From the IMG/VR virus record IMGVR_UViG_3300017917_003388, positions 96,001 through 160,000 of that record: a stretch of DNA of 64,000 nt. One strand, written 5' to 3'. Position 1 is the stretch's first letter. Every line of letters starts with the position of its first letter. A program made the translations under genes and the position numbers. The stretch is from a virus. This document shows positions 58,618 through 64,000 of this stretch, one piece after another. The notes under the pieces were generated by a model that saw nothing but the letters and a program-made list of their open reading frames with translations, did no database searches and had not been told where the DNA came from.

Positions 58618-60225
58618 TTAAATCTCTATACTTTCAATTTCTTGAATAAGAGCTTTATAACCTTTACAATTAGCTTCAATTAGGTTAAAGATTTTATCTG
58701 ACCAACCCGCAATCTGTAATACATTAAGTGATTTATCAAAAACTGATTTTCCACTAGTTTGTTTTATATCAACACAAATTGTATTACAATGTGGGTTTAC
58801 TTTTTTAAATTCTTTAAACAATGTTTGGAACGAACCTAATCCAGCATCAGATGAATGATCCCATCCTCCACTACCTCCAGAACCTATAACCATGTCTGAA
58901 AATATTACTAGATTATCAACTCTGGTTTTTTCTTTAATACATCTATCTAAAAATATATAAAGTCCATTTTCAGTTCCTCCACCACATTTCACTCCTTCAT
59001 TAAATGAATTTTTGTTAAATTCAAGTAAACCTTTTTTTCTATCAATTGGTATTTGGATTAATTTATCACCAAATAAACCCATATATACATTTCTTTGAGA
59101 CCATGTTAACATGGAACCAAATAAATTACCAATCATAGCTGTTGTGGTTTTAGAAAAAGCAGATACTTTAGAACTTCCACCACCATCTCCTCTAACAGAA
59201 CCAGAATGGTCAATTAGTACAGCTGTTGTACCTTCAAGAGCTGGGATATTTTCAACAGAAAATTCTAATGCTTGTTCAAGAGCTGCTAATACTTTATCAA
59301 CTAATGTATTTGTAGATGTAGATTCAAAAGTAATAGTTTTAGATCTAGATGAACCAGTATGTTTTAGTTTTTCGATTTCTTCATATGCTGTAGCAAATCT
59401 AAATGGTAATAATCTAGAATTGAGAACTTTATCTTTATTAGTCAAATGTGAAATAGCTTTATCAACTTGATCAGGAGCGGTTTCAATTATATTTCTAAGA
59501 TTTCTCAATAGATTCATAATTGGTGCATCACCATCCAAAACTTCAGTAATAGCTGCTGCTTTTACTTCGGTTACATCTAAATTTTGTGATTTAGCAACTT
59601 GACCTGCTTTGGATAATTGCTTTTCCATAATTTTGGTAGAATATAATCCTTCCAATGATTCACCAGCAATTAATCTTTTAAAAGCTTCAAAGTTTTGTTT
59701 GGTAGGTTTAGGATGTACTAAGTTTACCAAATCAACAAGTGAAATCTCTTTTTTAGACATTTTATATTTGTCAATAAGATAAGGATCCATAGATTCTAGT
59801 TTTTTCTTAAATCCACGTCTCATAGCATTAGCTATTTTTTTATTACCTTTTGAAAAATAATAAGCTAAAATCTCTGACATATCATCAGGACGAACTGATA
59901 CTTTCTTGTAAAAACGAGAAGCATATTCTTTTCCTGACAAACGTGGTGCTAATTCACCGGCTAAAAGATGAGTTACAGATCTCATATTAGCATCATTTCT
60001 CAAATATATAGCTAACTTAGCTACAAAGTCTTCACTTACCTTATTTGCAGCATTTTTAATACGATTAACCACTTCGTTTTCTGATTCATAATATGAACCT
60101 TGTAAGAATGTAGTTAAACATGTTGCTACAAGTTCTTCTTTTTCACTTAATTGATAAGCTTTTTCCCCCATTTCATTTACTGTTGTTGGAACAGTAGGAG
60201 TTTTAGATTTATTGTACTTTGACAT
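58618..60225 (-). CDS. rsr: Ro60/TROVE-domain RNA-binding protein with a C-terminal vWA domain (Rsr orthologue)
   Basis: VNEMGEKAY, FVAKLAIYLR...MRS, RPDDMSEILAY, Y.IDKY, DLVNLVHPKP, LLRNLRNI, SRLLPFRF..AY; MIDAS DHSGS...FSDM; GWSD. Confidence 0.93.
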   Translation of the reverse strand: MSKYNKSKTPTVPTTVNEMGEKAYQLSEKEELVATCLTTFLQGSYYESENEVVNRIKNAANKVSEDFVAKLAIYLRNDANMRSVTHLLAGELAPRLSGKEYASRFYKKVSVRPDDMSEILAYYFSKGNKKIANAMRRGFKKKLESMDPYLIDKYKMSKKEISLVDLVNLVHPKPTKQNFEAFKRLIAGESLEGLYSTKIMEKQLSKAGQVAKSQNLDVTEVKAAAITEVLDGDAPIMNLLRNLRNIIETAPDQVDKAISHLTNKDKVLNSRLLPFRFATAYEEIEKLKHTGSSRSKTITFESTSTNTLVDKVLAALEQALEFSVENIPALEGTTAVLIDHSGSVRGDGGGSSKVSAFSKTTTAMIGNLFGSMLTWSQRNVYMGLFGDKLIQIPIDRKKGLLEFNKNSFNEGVKCGGGTENGLYIFLDRCIKEKTRVDNLVIFSDMVIGSGGSGGWDHSSDAGLGSFQTLFKEFKKVNPHCNTICVDIKQTSGKSVFDKSLNVLQIAGWSDKIFNLIEANCKGYKALIQEIESIEI

Positions 60226-60264
60226 ATAACTTGGTTTTTAAAATTAATTAAACAAATTTAGAAT

Positions 60265-60310
60265 AAAAAAGGGAGAAACATTAATTATTTATTTAACTAA
60301 TATTTCTCCC
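60265..60310 (-). terminator. Intrinsic terminator between the ncRNA array and the Ro60 start codon
   Basis: Minus strand GGGAGAAATATTAGTT-AAAT-AAATAATTAATGTTTCTCCC-TTTTTT. Confidence 0.75.
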
Positions 60311-60323
60311 AATTTAAAATTAA

Positions 60324-60466
60324 TTGATAGAGAATATTATAAAAGAGGTTTGTGTTTGACTATTTGGAAGATAGTTGCTTTTACCATTTAGCTAATTTTT
60401 CCAATGCGGAAAAATATTGGATTCGAACCAATAATACGAAGTAACTCTTTTAATTACTACTATCAA
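60324..60466 (-). ncRNA. Y-like RNA 1: scaffold plus circularly permuted tRNA-Gly(TCC) mimic
   Basis: Scaffold GTAGTAAT-TAAAAGAG-TTACTTCG ... CTCTTTTA; insert order is T arm, loop-closed acceptor, D arm, anticodon arm ACTAT-CTTCCAA-ATAGT. Confidence 0.75.
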
Positions 60467-60475
60467 ATATTTTTA

Positions 60476-60562
60476 AACAAGAGAAAAAATAGAATTGAGT
60501 GTTTGTTTGATTAATTGTCCAAAAATTAGTATACGAAGTAACTCAACTCATTACTACTTGTT
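60476..60562 (-). ncRNA. Y-like RNA 2: scaffold plus a lone anticodon-like stem-loop (TGG)
   Basis: GTAGTAAT-GAGTTGAG-TTACTTCG ... CTCAATTC (compensatory stem); insert TAATT-TTTGGAC-AATTA. Confidence 0.7.
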
Positions 60563-60573
60563 AAAATCTTAAA

Positions 60574-60704
60574 AAAAATAAGAGAAAAGATAAAAGAGTA
60601 TATTTGAATTATCGACAGGGATCGAACCTGCAACTCATTTCTGAAAAGGAAATTGTGCTACCAATTGCACTACGAAGTAACTCTTTTGATTACTACTTAT
60701 TTTT
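60574..60704 (-). ncRNA. Y-like RNA 3: scaffold replaces the acceptor stem of a tRNA mimic (TTT loop)
   Basis: Insert TA-GTGC-AATTGGTA-GCAC-A-ATTTC-CTTTTCA-GAAAT-GAGTT-GCAGG-TTCGATC-CCTGT. Confidence 0.75.
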
Positions 60705-60728
60705 ATTTTTATTAATTGAATATATAAA

Positions 60729-60794
60729 TAAAGAACGTTTTTTTCTTAATTTCTTGATATTGTAAATATAAGATTAAAGATTTTGAAATCCTAA
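60729..60794 (-). promoter_or_regulatory. Promoter plus boxA-like element driving Y-like RNAs 3, 2 and 1
   Basis: TTAGGATTTC..TATATTTACAA followed by CGTTCTTTA; near-duplicate of 61186-61252. Confidence 0.65.
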
Positions 60795-60832
60795 TTTTAA
60801 TATCTTTTTTTAAAAAAAAATTTATTAACTAG

Positions 60833-60907
60833 TACTCCCGACGGGGCTCGAACCCGCAATTTCTACCTTGAAAGGGTAGCGGCTTAAACCAATTTGCCCA
60901 CAGGAGC
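60833..60907 (-). tRNA. tRNA-Glu(TTC)
   Basis: Anticodon arm CTACC-CTTTCAA-GGTAG. Confidence 0.9.
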
Positions 60908-60910
60908 GTA

Positions 60911-61078
60911 AAATTTAAAGAGAAACAAATAAAAGAGTATTTTTCTAAAAACGCGTGTCTACCAATTCCACCACCCCATAATTTGTTATCAATTAAGTTA
61001 TGGGGGAAGGATTCGAACCTCCAATGTACGTGCTCCTAATGCAAGCGAAGTAACTCTTTTGATTACTACTTTAAATTT
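60911..61078 (-). ncRNA. Y-like RNA 4: scaffold plus circularly permuted tRNA-Leu(TAG) mimic
   Basis: Insert order: anticodon arm CTTGC-ATTAGGA-GCACG, T arm GGAGG-TTCGAAT-CCTTC, loop-closed acceptor CCCCATAA/TTATGGGG, Leu-type D arm GTGGAATTGGTAGACAC. Confidence 0.75.
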
Positions 61079-61082
61079 AAAG

Positions 61083-61158
61083 TTGCGGGGGTGAGACTCG
61101 AACTCACGTTATTTGGCTTATGAGACCAAGCTGGCAACCACCTCCAGACTACCCCACA
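61083..61158 (-). tRNA. tRNA with CAT anticodon (Met, or lysidine-modified Ile2)
   Basis: Anticodon arm TTGGT-CTCATAA-GCCAA; acceptor TGTGGGG/CCCCGCA. Confidence 0.82.
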
Positions 61159-61185
61159 ATTTTTATTTTAATAAATATTGTAATA

Positions 61186-61252
61186 TTTTTAAAGAACGTA
61201 TTTTCTTTTTTTCTTTATTGTAAATATAGGATTAAAGATCTTGTAATCCTAA
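61186..61252 (-). promoter_or_regulatory. Promoter plus boxA-like element for the tRNA(CAT)/Y4/tRNA-Glu unit
   Basis: TAGGATTACA..TATATTTACAA followed by CGTTCTTTAAAAA. Confidence 0.65.
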
Positions 61253-61587
61253 TTTAAATTTAACTTTCTTTTATAATATACATATATATTTTGTCGATAT
61301 GAAGAATTTTATTTTTTAGTATTGGAGCGAGATACATATGTTATATCAAAGTTGGTATTTTGAAAAAACATATTAATAATTTGAGATATATAATTATATA
61401 TTGGTCGGGTTGAGAGGGGTGTATAAGATCTGAAAATATATCCAAGTCCCTGTCCCTGCCCCCAGCCCGCCGTATGGACCCCAGCATGCGTGGTAGCATA
61501 TACCCATACCCATACGCACGTATGCATATATGCACCAGAAGAGATATGTCTTGTTTTTTACTTCATTCCTTAAAATTTACATTCGAC

Positions 61588-61616
61588 AAAAATGGGGCGC
61601 CATTACTGGCGCCCCA
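61588..61616 (-). terminator. Strong terminator ending the small-gene (early) region
   Basis: Minus strand TGGGGCGCCA-GTAA-TGGCGCCCCA-TTTTT. Confidence 0.9.
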
Positions 61617-61641
61617 CCGAATTACCCCCAATTGATATTAC

Positions 61642-61815
61642 TCACCACAACCCCATGTTCCGCATTTTCCCAGGCATGATCATAATAATAATGGCTAAAC
61701 ATTCGCCACAACCAGCTACCCAGATAAAAAGATCAATATTAACAGTAACACAGGCATAAATGATGGCACTAACAAATGCAATCAAAATGATGAGGAGTAA
61801 ATCAAATGTTTTCAT
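61642..61815 (-). CDS. Small two-TM membrane protein (57 aa)
   Basis: Manual translation MKTFDLLLIILIAFVSAIIYACVTVNIDLFIWVAGCGECLAIIIMIMPGKMRNMGLW*, downstream of a repeated promoter. Confidence 0.6.
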   Translation of the reverse strand: MKTFDLLLIILIAFVSAIIYACVTVNIDLFIWVAGCGECLAIIIMIMPGKMRNMGLW

Positions 61816-61868
61816 GGGTTGTTTTTTTATTTCGTTGATGTGAATATAAAACGTACCAACTTGTAATC

Positions 61869-62105
61869 CTAGCGTCTACGTTTTTTATTACATGTACGCC
61901 CGATGTTTACTACCTTCCATCCATGATGGCTCGAATAGTGTTTCTTTTGACGGCGTTTGCTTTTACGCTTGGTTTTATAATGTGGTGGGCCTGGACACGG
62001 ACGAACAGTATATTCAGTATTAACTGAATTAAAATCCATAGTGGTGTTTGCTTCAACATTACCACCCATGATTGCGATCATAATGATCAAAATGTATTTT
62101 TTCAT
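61869..62105 (-). CDS. Small secreted basic protein
   Basis: Signal peptide (..VEA) and a Lys/Arg-rich C-terminus. Confidence 0.55.
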   Translation of the reverse strand: MKKYILIIMIAIMGGNVEANTTMDFNSVNTEYTVRPCPGPPHYKTKRKSKRRQKKHYSSHHGWKVVNIGRTCNKKRRR

Positions 62106-62161
62106 AACCGTTTTATTTGTTGATGTGAATATAAAACATACAAACGTGTAGTCCTAATGTG

Positions 62162-62413
62162 TTAATCTTCTACATCTGATAGATAAGTCTGAATAAATTC
62201 ACTACAATCCATCCCAAATTCATTATCCATTATTTGAATGAGTTCATCCCAATTTTTACAATCACGAATGCGTTTAACCACATCCATATGATTGTTATAT
62301 TGTTCATTAACTGTCATGTGTTCAGCAAAATATAGATAATTCGCTATCTCGGTTTCACTATTGGCAATTCTGGTTTTAACCAATTCCAATATCAATCGAT
62401 TTGTCTTGCTCAT
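62162..62413 (-). CDS. Hypothetical early protein (start revised to MSKTNR)
   Basis: The promoter copy at 62426-62464 lies inside the longer ORF call, so the ATG at 62413 is the likely start. Confidence 0.55.
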   Translation of the reverse strand: MSKTNRLILELVKTRIANSETEIANYLYFAEHMTVNEQYNNHMDVVKRIRDCKNWDELIQIMDNEFGMDCSEFIQTYLSDVED

Positions 62414-62583
62414 CGTTTTAAATTTGTTGAGATGAATATATGTGTTATTACTTGGTATGCCCAGTAAATCCACTAAACATCAATTTAACAATTATTGAAC
62501 AAACTAGTAGTTTGATTCCGAGTGATACTGCAAAAACCATTTGTCTTGTTTTTATTCGTTTTTATATAACTAAATATATAGAC

Positions 62584-62612
62584 AAAAATAGGGTAGGCCT
62601 AATGACCTACCC
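62584..62612 (-). terminator. Terminator after the AT-hook gene
   Basis: Minus strand TAGGGTAGGTC-ATTA-GGCCTACCCTA-TTTTT. Confidence 0.8.
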
Positions 62613-62642
62613 TAATTTAATCTCAACCGGGATTTAATTTTA

Positions 62643-63182
62643 TTATTCAGCTGAAGGCGCTTGTTCTTGTGTTTGAGTTGCAGCTGCTACCGGTTGTTCT
62701 GCTGGTGTTGGTGCTGGTGTTTCCACTTTTACTGCTTTGGGGCGACCACGTTTCACCAATCCTTCTGCACGTTTTGCTTCAAGCTCGGCAAGGCGTTTTT
62801 GACGTGCTGATTCGGTGTTTACAGGGCGACCACGTTTCAATTCACCGTTTGCACGCTTCGCTTCCATTTCAGCCAAACGCTTCTGACGTTCTGATTCGGT
62901 GTTTACAGGGCGACCACGTTTCAATTCACCGTTTGCACGTTTTGCTTCAAGCTCGGCAAGGTGTTTCTGACGTTCTGATTCAGGGTTCACAGGGCGTCCC
63001 AGTTGTTTTACTTCTTTCACTTCAGCTTGCGGAGCTGATTGTTGAGTTGCTGTTGCTACTTCTTCAGTAGTGGCAGCGGGGGTTGTTTCTGTAGTTGTTT
63101 CTGCAGTTGCAGTTTCAACAATTGGGTTTGCTGATTCAACAGTGGTTTCAGCGATGCGGGCAACTTTACCTGACTTTTTCAT
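62643..63182 (-). CDS. AT-hook repeat DNA-binding protein
   Basis: Four GRP cores (three KRGRP) separated by three ~28-aa helical repeats (VNTESERQKRLAEMEAKRANGEL). Confidence 0.75.
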   Translation of the reverse strand: MKKSGKVARIAETTVESANPIVETATAETTTETTPAATTEEVATATQQSAPQAEVKEVKQLGRPVNPESERQKHLAELEAKRANGELKRGRPVNTESERQKRLAEMEAKRANGELKRGRPVNTESARQKRLAELEAKRAEGLVKRGRPKAVKVETPAPTPAEQPVAAATQTQEQAPSAE

Positions 63183-63281
63183 GGTTTTGTTTTTGTTAAA
63201 GGGTTTGTATTGATTGTTGTTTTTCGTTTTTCTTGTTGATGTAAATATAAAACATGCAACCTTGTAATCCTAATTCTTGGG

Positions 63282-63419
63282 TTATTTAATTTCTTTAAAC
63301 CCATCCAACAATGCTACATTATGGTAACCATAACCAGCATTGTACATTGCTTCTAAGATATTTGGACCCTCAACAATTTCAGATGCTTTGTCGATCCAAT
63401 ACAAGATGAATTTTTTCAT
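63282..63419 (-). CDS. Small hypothetical protein (45 aa)
   Basis: Manual translation MKKFILYWIDKASEIVEGPNILEAMYNAGYGYHNVALLDGFKEIK*, behind a repeated promoter. Confidence 0.6.
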   Translation of the reverse strand: MKKFILYWIDKASEIVEGPNILEAMYNAGYGYHNVALLDGFKEIK

Positions 63420-63466
63420 GTTTTATTTGTTTTTGTTTTTATTTGTTGATGTGAATATAAAATGGT

Positions 63467-63763
63467 TTAATGTGTAGTCCTAGCCAATGAATTTAATAAA
63501 TCTTCCCAACACATTTTATTAACAGCAGTGTTGAAGTCTTTATCATAATTTTTCCAATATTTTTTAATATCATCACGATGAGTACTAACCCAATTGTTGA
63601 TAAACATAATCAACCTAACATTAGACCAAGTTTCAATAGGTGATACATATTATTCTTGAGTAGGGTTTTCACTCATTAGATTTACCTCCATTAAATCTAT
63701 CCATTTACTATCTCGTTCGTATTTGAGATATTCCAACACAGCCATTTTATCAACTTTCAACAT
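63467..63763 (-). pseudogene. Small ORF interrupted by an in-frame TAA (63650-63652)
   Basis: MLKVDKMAVLEYLKYE...SENPTQE*YVSPIETWSNVRLIMFINNW... stays open in the same frame to 63467. Confidence 0.45.
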
Positions 63764-64000
63764 GATGTTATGTTTTTTGTTGATGTAAATATAAGATTAT
63801 TTGGTATGTAATCCCAATGGATTATGTTATTTAATCATTATCAAACTCACTCCAATCACCTCCGCTTTCAACAAATCTCCATCCCATATGAATAAAATCC
63901 ATTTCACTCATATCATCAATTATACTCTCAAAGAAACTATAAAAATCATTACGTCTAATATTCTTGTTTTTTTCAAATCGAGCATTGAATTTATCCAGAA

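Larger units (their letters stand above)
61834..63817 (-). promoter_or_regulatory. Six copies of a 39-bp promoter (61834-61872, 62119-62157, 62426-62464, 63235-63273, 63445-63483, 63779-63817)
   Basis: Consensus YTAGGAYTACA-N13-TATATTYACATCAAC with identical spacing; each precedes a short ORF. Confidence 0.85.

Noticed and set aside
60324-61078. CRISPR array or simple repeat (recurring CGAAGTAACTC..ATTACTAC)
   Set aside because: Spacing is irregular, the inserts are structured tRNA-like domains, each unit has paired 5' and 3' flanks, and there is no cas operon. A structured ncRNA family explains it better.
61309-61535. ORFs 61309..61527 and 61341..61535
   Set aside because: Low-complexity translations downstream of a strong terminator, with no promoter copy; likely non-coding.

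Overview
A 64-kb segment of a large, very AT-rich T4-like (myovirus-type) bacteriophage genome. The host is probably Bacteroidota, inferred from A-rich leaders without Shine-Dalgarno sites, TAnnTTT-like promoter boxes, a Bacteroides-type histone H1/Hc1 gene and tRNAs that mostly lack an encoded CCA. Nearly all genes are on the minus strand. Left to right: neck and tail-fibre genes, PhoH, the head module (major capsid gp23, scaffold, protease gp21, portal gp20, terminase gp17), many probable capsid-internal proteins with shared short motifs, accessory enzymes, primase and exonuclease, baseplate genes (gp6, gp25, gp5-like), a gp55-like sigma factor, several free-standing homing endonucleases and a 9-bp tandem array. 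After these comes a ~5.2-kb RNA module and then a GC-richer region of small genes, each behind a repeated promoter. The RNA module is the highlight and has three parts. (i) 22 tRNAs cover all 20 amino acids. (ii) 19 of them lie behind an unannotated 37-codon leader peptide whose 3' end is complementary to a downstream terminator, which suggests an attenuator that senses tRNA depletion. (iii) A Ro60/TROVE gene is preceded by four non-coding RNAs that share one conserved scaffold, each carrying a differently permuted or truncated tRNA mimic with its own anticodon loop (TCC, TGG, TTT, TAG). These look like a new class of phage Y-like RNAs, possibly decoys or repair factors against anticodon nucleases. 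All calls were made by eye from the sequence; no database searches or folding programs were run.
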